Shown here: positions 19,078 to 28,413 of the stretch, piece by piece | Layout of the letters: each line of letters begins with the position of its first letter | Numbering within the stretch: position 1 is the first letter of the stretch | DNA from: Omnitrophica WOR_2 bacterium GWF2_43_52 | GTDB taxonomy: Bacteria > Omnitrophota > Gorgyraeia > Gygaellales > UBA12090 | NCBI GenBank assembly: GCA_001805445.1 | Contig: MHGF01000003.1 | Location: forward strand, 184,429 to 248,428 | Reading direction: 5' to 3' | Length of the DNA stretch: 64,000 bases | Position numbers and translations under genes: made by a program | Notes under the pieces: generated by a model | Told to the model about the DNA's origin: nothing | The model's input: only the letters and a program-made list of their open reading frames with translations | The model's database searches: none

Positions 19078-20229
19078 ATGAAAACATTCGCTAAGAAAAT
19101 CGCACGGAAGCTGGGGCTGCGTTTTGACGACCTTGTCTGGCCTTATTATTGGGCCGCGTATAACTTTTTAGGTGGGAAGGCGTTTAATCCCCTAAAAATA
19201 ACCATAGAGCTTACCTATGGGTGCAACCTTCGCTGTAAAATGTGCCCTTTGGAAAATGCCAAGGCTGATGAACACACGCCAGCGCCAAATTCTCAAAAGG
19301 AATTATCAATTGATGAACTGCAAGGCTTTGTTAATGACTTAAAAAAGCTTAAGGTAAAATCTATCCTGCTTACCGGCGGTGAGCCTTTTATAAAAAAAGA
19401 TATTGAAAAGCTCATCGCGAAGATTAAAGAAAATAACTTTTACTGCTGTATCCTCAGCAACGGCTATTTTATTACCGAGTATCACGCCAAGAAATTAGTG
19501 GATGCCAAGGTTGACCTGATCAGTTTTTCTATGGACGGGCCCCAAGCGCTGCACAATAAAATCCGGGGCGTTGACGATTCTTTTGAGAAAATATGCCAAA
19601 GCATAAAACTCATTCAAGCCGAGAAAAAACGCGCCCATTCAGCGCTTCCCAGAATCATCCTTAATTGCACCATTTCCGCGCTTAACCAGGAGCACATAAG
19701 TGAAATTGTTGATATTGCTCATGAATTGGGGGTTGAATTAGTAGATTATATGTACCTGTTTTATACCAACCCGGAAAAAATCACCGCTACAAAGAGTGTT
19801 ATGGCGGTAGGCAGCCTAAAGCCGGAAAGCCAAATCCTGCCTGAGAGCATAAAAAAGATAGATGCCCAAAAGCTTATTCAGGAGGTCAACCGGGCTAGGA
19901 ATAAGGCAAAGGAATATAACATCTCTATCGGCTTTAATCCTCCGCTTAAGGACAGTGAAATCGAGAAAAGGTTTTTTGATGATTCATTTTCTTTTAGCTC
20001 AAAATGCTTTTATCCCTGGTTTGAAACCAGGCTTGACCCTTACGGCAATGTCTATCCCTGCTCTTTAGACGTTCCAATGGGTAATATCAGAAAAATGCCT
20101 TTTAGCCAAATCTGGAACGGCGCTCAGTATATTGATTTTCGCAATAAGCTAAAACAGCATAAATTATTGCCGATGTGCGCCAAATGCTGCAAGCTGGTGT
20201 ATCGCTATTGGTCAAAGCTTCCCACCTGA
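19078..20229 (+). CDS. Radical SAM/SPASM domain protein
   Basis: ELTYGCNLRCKMC, TGGEPF, SMDG; C-terminal CFYPW...DPYGNVYPC...MGNI...IWN...CAKCC. Confidence 0.92.
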   Translation: MKTFAKKIARKLGLRFDDLVWPYYWAAYNFLGGKAFNPLKITIELTYGCNLRCKMCPLENAKADEHTPAPNSQKELSIDELQGFVNDLKKLKVKSILLTGGEPFIKKDIEKLIAKIKENNFYCCILSNGYFITEYHAKKLVDAKVDLISFSMDGPQALHNKIRGVDDSFEKICQSIKLIQAEKKRAHSALPRIILNCTISALNQEHISEIVDIAHELGVELVDYMYLFYTNPEKITATKSVMAVGSLKPESQILPESIKKIDAQKLIQEVNRARNKAKEYNISIGFNPPLKDSEIEKRFFDDSFSFSSKCFYPWFETRLDPYGNVYPCSLDVPMGNIRKMPFSQIWNGAQYIDFRNKLKQHKLLPMCAKCCKLVYRYWSKLPT

Positions 20230-20231
20230 CT

Positions 20232-20271
20232 TACCGAGGCTAAGCCTCGTTTACGAGGCTTAGCCTCGGTA
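20232..20271. repeat. REP family B inverted doublet
   Basis: TACCGAGGCTAAGCCTCGT-TT-ACGAGGCTTAGCCTCGGTA. Confidence 0.85.
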
Positions 20272-20281
20272 TGACAAAAAG

Positions 20282-23200
20282 ATGAAAAAAATCGCTTTTA
20301 TTTTTTCCCAGTTCCCCTGCTACGATGAAACCTTTATCTTGCGGGAGATGAATGCCTTGAAGGAAGAAGGGCTTGATTTTATGATATTTTCCCTAAAAAC
20401 CCCTAAGGATGCAATCATTCATTCTGAGGCAAGGGAATTGGCGCAGGATACTTTGTATATACCTTTTCTATCGCTTAAAGTATTTCTGGCGCAACTTTCC
20501 ACTTTGTTGATACATCCTCTTAAATACATAGGCGCGTTTTTTCATATTGTGAAGATATATATCAAAAGCAGCGATTTCCTATTAAAGTCTCTTGCCCTGT
20601 TTCCAGAATCCGTGTACGCGGCGAAACTATTTAAGAAAATGGAAATAAGCCATATCCACGCCCAATGGGCAACGCATCCGGCAACAAGCGCCATCATTAT
20701 CTCTCGGCTCACCGGCATACCATTTAGCTTTACCGGCCATGCCCATGATATTTATGTAAGCACGGCAGGGCTGAAAGAGAAGATACGGGACGCGCGGTTT
20801 GTGGTGACGTGTACTGAAGATAATAAGAAATACTTGGAAAAATTAATAAATAGTCACCAGGTCACCACGTCACAAGGTCACAAGGTAGAACAAAGTCACA
20901 AGGTCACAAGTCACAAGTCACAAGTTAAAATTATAGTTAACTACCATGGGGTTGATTTAAAGCGTTTTAGCGCCCTACATCCCACATCTGAGGTCACGCA
21001 TCCTACATCCATCGTCCATCGTCCATTTCACATCCTCTCTGTCGGAAGTCTCCTGGAATGCAAAGGTTTTGACACCTTGATTGAGGCCTGCGGGCTTTTG
21101 AAGGAGAGAGGCATTGACTTTGAATGTACGATTGCCGGAGGAGGGAGGCTTCTTAGTAGCCTACAGTCCATGGCCCAGAGTAGACAGTTAAAAGATAATG
21201 TAAAATTTACAGGATATATTACCCAAGATAAGCTCATCCCATTATATCAGGAAGCGGATGTGTTTGTTTTGGCTATGGTGCCGGATATTCATTGGGGGAT
21301 TCCCAATGTCCTGCTTGAGGCTGCCAGCTGCGCTGTGCCAATTGTCTGCACGATGCTGCCATCTATCCCGGAACTGATTGAAGACGGCAAAACAGGCTTC
21401 ATTACTCCACCCAAAGACCCAAAGGCAATAGCGGATATACTGGAAAAACTGTATCGCGATGAAGCAATCAGAAAACAAGCAGGGGAAGCGGCACAAGCTG
21501 TAATTGAAGATAAGTTTGACACAGTAAAAAATGCCCAAAGGCTGAAAGAATTATTTTCCACCAATTCACCAAAACAACCTACGAGGTTGAAAATTCAACC
21601 TCGTAGGTTGTTTATGCGGTCATTACTCAGCACAATTTTTTACTTGTTTACTTTTTTTCGTAAGAGAGAAGGGATACTTGTGCTTAATTACCACCGGGTA
21701 AACGATACTCTGGCTGTCAACGAGTTAGTGGTAAGCACAAAAACCTTTGAAGAGCAGATGCGCTATCTTAAAGAGCATAACTATAGAGTGATTGGGTTAC
21801 AACAAATGCTCAACGGGCTAAGCGTTGCCCCGCTTAAGCGCGAACCGGTTCACCCGCGAACTGTCCTGATAACCTTTGATGATGGTTTTCAGGATAATTA
21901 CCTTAATGCTTTCCCGATACTCAAGAAGTTTGGCTTCCCCGCGGTACTATTCTTAACTACAGGGATGATTGATACAGACAAAAAGTTTAAGAAGTACACA
22001 CATATGCCAAGCCCGGATATGCTCACTTGGAGCCAGGTAAGAGAAATGCACAATTACGGAATTGAATTTGGCGCGCATACCGTAACTCATAAACTGCTTA
22101 CTCACATAAGCGTTGACGAAGCAACAAAAGAAATACGAGAGTCGGGAAAATTAGTGTGCGAATTCGCGAGTTCAAAGACATGCGCGTTTTGCTATCCCGC
22201 GGGAGACTACAACAAAAAAATCAAAGAGATAGTCAGTGAATCTGGCTATACCTGCGCCTTCACGGTAAAACCGGGGATAAACCAAAGTACTGACGATTTA
22301 TTCGCGCTTAAGCGCACCGCGATAAATGGTAATGACAGCCTCTTTGATTTCAGGAAAAAACTCGCTGGTGCCTATGACGCACTCCACACCTTTATCCAGG
22401 CGCGAAAAAGTCCTCACTCGTTCCGCGTCCATCGTCCATCGTCCATCGTCAATCGTCAATCGTCTCCCCTGAATGTCCTTTATATCATCTGGTCTTTGGG
22501 CTTAGGAGGAGCAGAACAGGTAGTAATTAACCTCGCGCGAGGCTTAGACAAAAGTAAGTTTAAGCCGATGGTTTGCTGCTTAAACGACAAAGGCGTATTT
22601 GCCGATGAATTGGAAAAAGAGGGAATAAAGGTTATCGCTTTAAATAAAGGCGGGAAATACGATATTACGGTTATTGGTAAATTAATCAGTGTTATGCGAG
22701 CAAACAAAATATCAATAGTCAATACGCATCTTTGGGGGGCAAACCTCTGGGGAAGGATTGCGGCAAAAATTGCTCATATTCCTGTGGTAATTGCTACAGA
22801 GCACAACACCGATATATGGAAAAGTAACTTCTATTTTGTACTTGATAAAGCGCTCAGCTATTGTTGCGATAAAATCATCGCGGTTTCAGGAAGCGTCAAG
22901 GAATTCTACCAGAGTAAAGGAATTAACCCGGGAAAGATAGAAGTAATTTATAATGGAATAAAAGCACATGGGTCACCACGTCACCACGTCACCACGTCAC
23001 ATACGAGAGAAAATTTTGGAATTAAGAATGATGAAACGGTTTTAGCCATCATCGGCAGGCTGGTTCCCCAAAAGGGGCATAAATATCTTTTTGAGGCGTT
23101 GGGGTTGTTAAACGGTTATTGCAAAACGAAATTATTGGTCATAGGAGACGGCCCTTTAAAAGAAGAACTACGCTCAATCGCAAGCAGCCTGCAGCTAAAG

Positions 23201-23596
23201 GATAAAATCATATTTACCGGCTTGAGAAGGGATGTGCTGGACTTACTAAAGATTGTTGATATTGTGGTTATGCCTTCATTGCGGGAAGGCCTGCCGATTA
23301 TCGCCCTTGAGGCAATGGCATCTAAACTTCCGGTAATCGCCACCAAGGTAGGCGGAAATCCAGAAGTCATTACAGACAACCAAACCGGAATATTAGTCCC
23401 CGCGGAGAATACCATAGCCTTGCTGAGGGCAATAGAAAAATTAACTAAAGACAAGGCCTTACGCGAGCAATTGGGAGAAAACGGCTACACTCGGCTCAAG
23501 AAGCATTTTTCAATAGAAAAGATGGTTTCAGCCACGGAAGAATTGTATCTAAAGATATATAGACACAAAACGAGGCTTAGCCTCGTAATAGAATGA
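20282..23596 (+). CDS. GT4 (WcaL-like) - polysaccharide deacetylase - GT4 triple fusion
   Basis: N-terminal FP...ETFI.RE/HIHAQW/GIPNVLLEA; central LNYHRV/ITFDDG/GAHT.TH/FCYPAG (NodB); C-terminal GGAEQVV/EGLPIIALEAMA. Confidence 0.88.
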   Translation: MKKIAFIFSQFPCYDETFILREMNALKEEGLDFMIFSLKTPKDAIIHSEARELAQDTLYIPFLSLKVFLAQLSTLLIHPLKYIGAFFHIVKIYIKSSDFLLKSLALFPESVYAAKLFKKMEISHIHAQWATHPATSAIIISRLTGIPFSFTGHAHDIYVSTAGLKEKIRDARFVVTCTEDNKKYLEKLINSHQVTTSQGHKVEQSHKVTSHKSQVKIIVNYHGVDLKRFSALHPTSEVTHPTSIVHRPFHILSVGSLLECKGFDTLIEACGLLKERGIDFECTIAGGGRLLSSLQSMAQSRQLKDNVKFTGYITQDKLIPLYQEADVFVLAMVPDIHWGIPNVLLEAASCAVPIVCTMLPSIPELIEDGKTGFITPPKDPKAIADILEKLYRDEAIRKQAGEAAQAVIEDKFDTVKNAQRLKELFSTNSPKQPTRLKIQPRRLFMRSLLSTIFYLFTFFRKREGILVLNYHRVNDTLAVNELVVSTKTFEEQMRYLKEHNYRVIGLQQMLNGLSVAPLKREPVHPRTVLITFDDGFQDNYLNAFPILKKFGFPAVLFLTTGMIDTDKKFKKYTHMPSPDMLTWSQVREMHNYGIEFGAHTVTHKLLTHISVDEATKEIRESGKLVCEFASSKTCAFCYPAGDYNKKIKEIVSESGYTCAFTVKPGINQSTDDLFALKRTAINGNDSLFDFRKKLAGAYDALHTFIQARKSPHSFRVHRPSSIVNRQSSPLNVLYIIWSLGLGGAEQVVINLARGLDKSKFKPMVCCLNDKGVFADELEKEGIKVIALNKGGKYDITVIGKLISVMRANKISIVNTHLWGANLWGRIAAKIAHIPVVIATEHNTDIWKSNFYFVLDKALSYCCDKIIAVSGSVKEFYQSKGINPGKIEVIYNGIKAHGSPRHHVTTSHTRENFGIKNDETVLAIIGRLVPQKGHKYLFEALGLLNGYCKTKLLVIGDGPLKEELRSIASSLQLKDKIIFTGLRRDVLDLLKIVDIVVMPSLREGLPIIALEAMASKLPVIATKVGGNPEVITDNQTGILVPAENTIALLRAIEKLTKDKALREQLGENGYTRLKKHFSIEKMVSATEELYLKIYRHKTRLSLVIE
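20853..21026 (+). repeat. In-frame 7-8-mer tandem repeats (GTCACCAC/GTCACAAG; CCATCGT)
   Basis: Encode SHQVTTSQGHKV...SHKVTSHKSQV and HPTSEVTHPTSIVHRP. Confidence 0.8.
21575..21610. repeat. REP family A doublet in-frame at the GT4/deacetylase junction
   Basis: CAACCTACGAGGTTG-AAAATT-CAACCTCGTAGGTTG encoding QPTRLKIQPRRL. Confidence 0.85.
22426..22464 (+). repeat. In-frame heptamer array at the deacetylase/GT4 junction
   Basis: (CGTCCAT)3(CGTCAAT)2CGTC. Confidence 0.85.
22972..23000 (+). repeat. In-frame octamer array
   Basis: (GTCACCAC)3GTCAC in the GT-B interdomain loop. Confidence 0.85.
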
Positions 23597-26500
23597 ACAA
23601 AAAAATAATACTTATTGCTTTAGGCGGTTTTATCGCGGGAATACTCTTTTGCGGAGGAAGTTATATTGCATTTAAAAAATCAAAGCCATTTATTAAAAAG
23701 GTGGCGAAAAAGCTGGAGGAGCGAAGGATTGCCGCTATCCCAAAGGCAAAAGAACCGCTTACACTTTTTGACTTTGAAACTCCTGCTGATACGGGGAAAT
23801 GGTCTGTAAGCCGCGCGGCGATAGATCTTTCCCTGGAACACCCGGCAAGCGGCGCGTCATGCGCGAAAATCACCTTTTTGCCTTCAGGGGCGGCATCATC
23901 AATACGCTTAGATACCTATTTTGAGAAAAATAAAGCCTTGCAAGACTGGTCTCGCTATGAAGTCATTACTTTTGATATCTTTAACCCGTCTTCCACGACA
24001 GAAAGAATAATCCTGCAAATTAAAGATACCAATGATGATAAAATCAAAAGAGACTTATACCTTGAACCTAACACCAATAACCACATAGAAGTTGATATCT
24101 CGGAATTATGGGGAGCATTAAAACCATCCCACCTAAACCAATTCAACCTTTTTCTCTGGGACAATAAGGCTACAAAAGTATTCTATCTTGATAACCTAAG
24201 GCTCCTGCCTTCGGCGATGCTTGAGAAGAAAAACATCAATATCGCTTCTGAAGAATATTTGCCTAAGCCGCAGGAGAAAATTTACGCGATAGAAGACTAT
24301 TTCGCGTTTAATGACCTGAAATGGAAAAAAACCGACCCCCAGACTAACACCGCCTATGTCGCGATACCGCTTATGCTCAGTAAAAATTATCTGCCTAGCG
24401 TTCCAGTAAACCTACCTATATGCGGCGGGATTCCTTTAGGAAAGGGGCAACTCTATACTATTGAAAATTTAGAATTGGTTGATAGCCAAGGTGTTCAGAT
24501 ACCCGCGCAAACCAAGATAATGGCTACGTGGCCTGATAAAAGCATCAAATGGCTGTTATTAAATAGCATCATCCCTGTCTCAAGCCAAGAGAAAAATAAC
24601 TATTACCTGCGATATGCTAAGGATATCCAAAGGCAAACGTATCAGGCTAAGCTCACTGTAGAGGAGAATCAAAATGAGGTAACGGTTAATACCGGAAAAC
24701 TTAGATTCACCATCAGTAAGCGAGGTTTTTGCCTGCTAAACAAGGTATGGCTTGATAAAAACAGCGACAGCACCTATGACGAAGCGGAAAGCCTCTCTTC
24801 ACAAGGTGACATGGTAATCGTGCACAAGGGCAAAGAATACAAGAGCTCTTTGGATAAAAATTATTCCCTTACTATTGAGGAATCAGGGCCGATAAGAGTC
24901 TGCTTAAAGGCGCAGGGATGGTTTGTGGCGGAAAACGGCAAAAAATTCTGCCAATTCAGTACCCGTATCTATGCGTTTGAAGGCTCAAGCTATATCAAAG
25001 TCCAACACACTTTTGTCTATACCGGCTACCCTGAAAATAAAGTGCATTATCTTTATAAAGGTAAACGCCTTCCCGAGAATGAAACCATTGACGCGATTTA
25101 TATCAAAACCCCGCTTAATGTAGGTGAAAATAAGCAATTCACTTTTGCCGCTGATAATAAAATTATGCAGGCGGGTTTAACAGAAAATACGGAATTCCTG
25201 CAAAGTAAATTTAATAGTTACACAATAACTAAGGGCGCCAATAGCCTGGGCTCAGGCGCTAAATTAGACGGCTGGATTGATGTAAGCACGCAAAGCGAAG
25301 GGGTAACCCTCGGAATAAAAAACTTCTGGCAGCAATACCCCAAAGGCTGGCTTTTAGATAAAGAGAAGAAAAATATCATTACCTATATCTGGCCGGCTCA
25401 GGCGGGAAAACTTGATTTTAAGACTACCCCTGAGGCTCTTGGGCCTGATTCGGTAGCCCGCGGCAGCGCCTTCGGAGTAGCTAAAACACATGAGCTGTTT
25501 TTTTATTTTCATACAGGGGATTACGCGGCGTCAAACGCGAAAGATATAGCCTATAGCTTAACCTCGGATATGCTAGTAACAGCAGCGCCGCAATGGGTAG
25601 CGGATACTAAGGTTTTAGGCAGGATATATCCGGCAGACAGCAGATTCTCTCAGGCAGAAGAATTTTTAAGCCGTCTATTTGACTGGGGCGCGCGTCAAAT
25701 TGAAAACTTCGGCTGGTACGGGATGGTTGATTTCGGCGATACCTTAAGCTGGCATAGAGACTCGGATGAAGATAATTCCTACGATACCGCGGACTGGCAT
25801 CCGGTGGGGCGGTGGGGGTGGTTTAATTGCGAGGCAGTGGGCACGCATACAGGGGCATTAATGCAATTCCTACGCAGCGCTGACTATAAATATTTAAAAT
25901 TCGGGGCAAATCAGGCGCGGCATAGTATGGATATAGATACCTGCCATTATAATACCGTTAGTAATGACAAACGCTTAAAAGGCGTAATCCCCGATGACTA
26001 TAGCCGGGTCGGCTCTATGCATAGGCATAATGGCAACCATTGGGGTGACCGTAATGAAGAAGCCTCTCATACTAATCTGACAGGATTGCTTTTGTATTAC
26101 TATATCACCGGCGATGAAAGGGCACATGATGTGCTTGATGAAATGGGAAGCTTCTTCTTAAATGAAAGGCTCACCTATTTTCGCCATCCTGATATGGCGC
26201 CGCAGCGTTCTATTGCCAATGTGCTTTGGGGCGAAGTGCTCTTATACGAACTGACCGCTGATGAAAGATATAAAAAAGCGGCGGATACATGGGCGGGATT
26301 ATTGTACCTTGGCCAAAAACATGATGGGGCATGGGCTGAAGATTATAACCCGGTTAAAAAGAGATGGGACGGAAGGCCTCATGGGGGCTATATCCGGGAA
26401 TATACCATACCTGCCTTAATTGCCTATCATCAGCTTACCGGCAACAAGGCTATTGCCGGCTCAATTCTTAAAGCGACAGAGTATGTAATCAAGACAGAGG

Positions 26501-26727
26501 AATATGGGGCATATTTTGACGGCTCCGCCTATTGCTATTGGTTAACAGGGGATAGGAGATATTTAGCTAACCTCCAGCAAAGATTAGATTATAGCATTAA
26601 CCATCAACGAAAAAGCAGCGACCCCCTGCAGGATGGCATGATTTACCAAAAGGCATATTACGCGCGGGTGATGGAATATCTGTATAAAATGCCCTTCGCC
26701 CTTGAGCCGCTTACTCATGAAAAATAA
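23593..26727 (+). CDS. Membrane-anchored CBM-like + PL26-like (exo-rhamnogalacturonan lyase/YetA-like) protein
   Basis: N-terminal TM; LFDFE...WSRYE...FYLDNLRL beta-sandwich; GIPLGKG...WPDKSIKW; GWYGMVDFGD, ARHSMDID, HRHNGNHW. Confidence 0.7.
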   Translation: MNKKIILIALGGFIAGILFCGGSYIAFKKSKPFIKKVAKKLEERRIAAIPKAKEPLTLFDFETPADTGKWSVSRAAIDLSLEHPASGASCAKITFLPSGAASSIRLDTYFEKNKALQDWSRYEVITFDIFNPSSTTERIILQIKDTNDDKIKRDLYLEPNTNNHIEVDISELWGALKPSHLNQFNLFLWDNKATKVFYLDNLRLLPSAMLEKKNINIASEEYLPKPQEKIYAIEDYFAFNDLKWKKTDPQTNTAYVAIPLMLSKNYLPSVPVNLPICGGIPLGKGQLYTIENLELVDSQGVQIPAQTKIMATWPDKSIKWLLLNSIIPVSSQEKNNYYLRYAKDIQRQTYQAKLTVEENQNEVTVNTGKLRFTISKRGFCLLNKVWLDKNSDSTYDEAESLSSQGDMVIVHKGKEYKSSLDKNYSLTIEESGPIRVCLKAQGWFVAENGKKFCQFSTRIYAFEGSSYIKVQHTFVYTGYPENKVHYLYKGKRLPENETIDAIYIKTPLNVGENKQFTFAADNKIMQAGLTENTEFLQSKFNSYTITKGANSLGSGAKLDGWIDVSTQSEGVTLGIKNFWQQYPKGWLLDKEKKNIITYIWPAQAGKLDFKTTPEALGPDSVARGSAFGVAKTHELFFYFHTGDYAASNAKDIAYSLTSDMLVTAAPQWVADTKVLGRIYPADSRFSQAEEFLSRLFDWGARQIENFGWYGMVDFGDTLSWHRDSDEDNSYDTADWHPVGRWGWFNCEAVGTHTGALMQFLRSADYKYLKFGANQARHSMDIDTCHYNTVSNDKRLKGVIPDDYSRVGSMHRHNGNHWGDRNEEASHTNLTGLLLYYYITGDERAHDVLDEMGSFFLNERLTYFRHPDMAPQRSIANVLWGEVLLYELTADERYKKAADTWAGLLYLGQKHDGAWAEDYNPVKKRWDGRPHGGYIREYTIPALIAYHQLTGNKAIAGSILKATEYVIKTEEYGAYFDGSAYCYWLTGDRRYLANLQQRLDYSINHQRKSSDPLQDGMIYQKAYYARVMEYLYKMPFALEPLTHEK

Positions 26728-27613
26728 AGACGCGATAATAATTGACAAGAAACCTCTCGTGCTGATGTACCATTCGGTAGGAGCGCCTGGCCCTTGCGAG
26801 GTGGGAGCGGAGCTGTATTGCGTCAACACCGAAAATTTCAGGAAGCAGATGGAGTATATCTCAAAAGTCACCAGGTCACTCCCGACGCTTCGGTCGGGAC
26901 AGGCAGGTCACCAAGTTACCAGCTCGCAAAATACAAAGGATGAGGAACGAGAGAAGAAAGACGATAGAGAAGGGATGATGGAAGATGGACAAGAAAAAAG
27001 AAACCACAGACCATTGACTATAGACCATCGACCAATTGTAATAACTTTTGACGACGGATTGCTCGATAATTACACGAATGCCTATCCTATACTCAAGGAA
27101 TTAGGACTAAAAGCGTATTTCTTTATTTTAGCCTCGAAAATCGGGACTGAAGGTTTTATGAACTGGGAACAGATAAAAGAATTAAAGAGTGCGGGAATGT
27201 ATATAGGCTCGCATGGAATGACTCACCGAATATTGACTGAGCTTAACGACGCGGACATGGAGTATGAATTACGTAAGTCTAAGCAACTCTTAGAAAAAAA
27301 CCTGGCTTGCAGTAGTGACTATCTCTCTATCCCGCGAGGATTCTACAATCAAAAGGTTATTGCCAAGGCAAAAGAAGCCGGCTACAAAGCGATTTTTACT
27401 TCTAATCCCAAAGATAACGATGGTTTTACCTTCGGCCGTATCGCGGTAAAAGGAAATTGGGACACAAACTACTTTATACGCGTCACTAAGAAAGGGCTGT
27501 CTTTAAAAGACAAAACTAAGGAGCTATTAAAGAACACTTCCAAAAAAATATTAGGCGCTAAAACCTACGACACCCTAAGAACCACCCTCCTCAAACCAAA
27601 TTCAACCTCGTAG
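26717..27613 (+). CDS. Polysaccharide deacetylase (NodB/CE4) with a ~55-aa repeat-derived insertion
   Basis: LMYHSV, ITFDDG, GSHGMTH, SIPRG; insert at ~26867-27035; stop codon supplied by a REP. Confidence 0.88.
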   Translation: MKNKDAIIIDKKPLVLMYHSVGAPGPCEVGAELYCVNTENFRKQMEYISKVTRSLPTLRSGQAGHQVTSSQNTKDEEREKKDDREGMMEDGQEKRNHRPLTIDHRPIVITFDDGLLDNYTNAYPILKELGLKAYFFILASKIGTEGFMNWEQIKELKSAGMYIGSHGMTHRILTELNDADMEYELRKSKQLLEKNLACSSDYLSIPRGFYNQKVIAKAKEAGYKAIFTSNPKDNDGFTFGRIAVKGNWDTNYFIRVTKKGLSLKDKTKELLKNTSKKILGAKTYDTLRTTLLKPNSTS

Positions 27614-27659
27614 GTTGAAACAATTTGTCGTCGGGAATAAAATTCAACCTCGTAGGTTG
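27592..27659 (+). repeat. Composite REP element (two direct family A palindromes + AATTTGTCGTCGG spacer) 5' of RAYT
   Basis: CAAACCAAATTCAACCTCGTAGGTTG...AATTTGTCGTCGGGAA...TTCAACCTCGTAGGTTG. Confidence 0.8.
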
Positions 27660-27688
27660 TTTTGGGAAATAGGAGGAAAACAAAATTT

Positions 27689-28351
27689 ATGAGAAAAGAC
27701 TTGCTTAGGACTGCTGAAATTTATCATGTTGTAAATAAAAGTATCGCGGGGTATACTATATTTAACAACAATGAGGAGTTTTTCAGGATGCTGAGCGTCA
27801 TCCGTTATTACCAAAGAAAGAACCCCGGCATCAGTTTTTGCAGATTCTTTGACCCTTCCGAAGACGGAAAAGATAACTTCTGCGATTTTACTGTTTTAGA
27901 AGATAAGGAAAAACTTGTCGAGATAATTTCATATTGCCTTATGCCAACCCACTTTCATTTAATTTTAAAACAGCTTATTGATAACGGAATCTCAACCTTT
28001 ATAAGCAATGTTGCAAATAGCTACGCGCGGTATTTCAACCTCAAACATAAACGAAAGGGCCCGCTTTGGGAAGGAAGATTTAAGAGCATTCTGGTAAAAT
28101 CCGATGAGCAGCTACTCCACTTAACACGATACATTCATTTAAATCCAGTAACAGCCTTGATAACAAACGAGCCTCACGACTGGCAAATGTCTTCTTATAA
28201 TGAATATGCCTATACCATGGCTGAAAATAAAAGAATCTGTAATTACAGCGATATTTTGAGCATCGATCCTGATTCTTACGGTAAATTCGTTAAAGACAGG
28301 ATTGCTTATCAAAAAGAATTGGCTAAAATTAAGGCTTTAATGCTTGAGTAA
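27689..28351 (+). CDS. REP-associated tyrosine transposase (RAYT, Y1/HUH)
   Basis: IYHVVNK, YCLMPTHFHLIL (HUH), YARYFN..H.RKGPLWEGRFKS, RYIHLNPV, W..SSY; RBS AGGAGG; flanked by REPs on both sides. Confidence 0.92.
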   Translation: MRKDLLRTAEIYHVVNKSIAGYTIFNNNEEFFRMLSVIRYYQRKNPGISFCRFFDPSEDGKDNFCDFTVLEDKEKLVEIISYCLMPTHFHLILKQLIDNGISTFISNVANSYARYFNLKHKRKGPLWEGRFKSILVKSDEQLLHLTRYIHLNPVTALITNEPHDWQMSSYNEYAYTMAENKRICNYSDILSIDPDSYGKFVKDRIAYQKELAKIKALMLE

Positions 28352-28360
28352 CACCACGCA

Positions 28361-28400
28361 TTCAACCTCGTAGGTTGAAATAACAACCTACGAGGTTGAA
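28361..28400. repeat. REP family A inverted doublet 3' of RAYT
   Basis: TTCAACCTCGTAGGTTGAA-ATAA-CAACCTACGAGGTTGAA. Confidence 0.85.
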
Positions 28401-28413
28401 TCAGGTTAAAATT

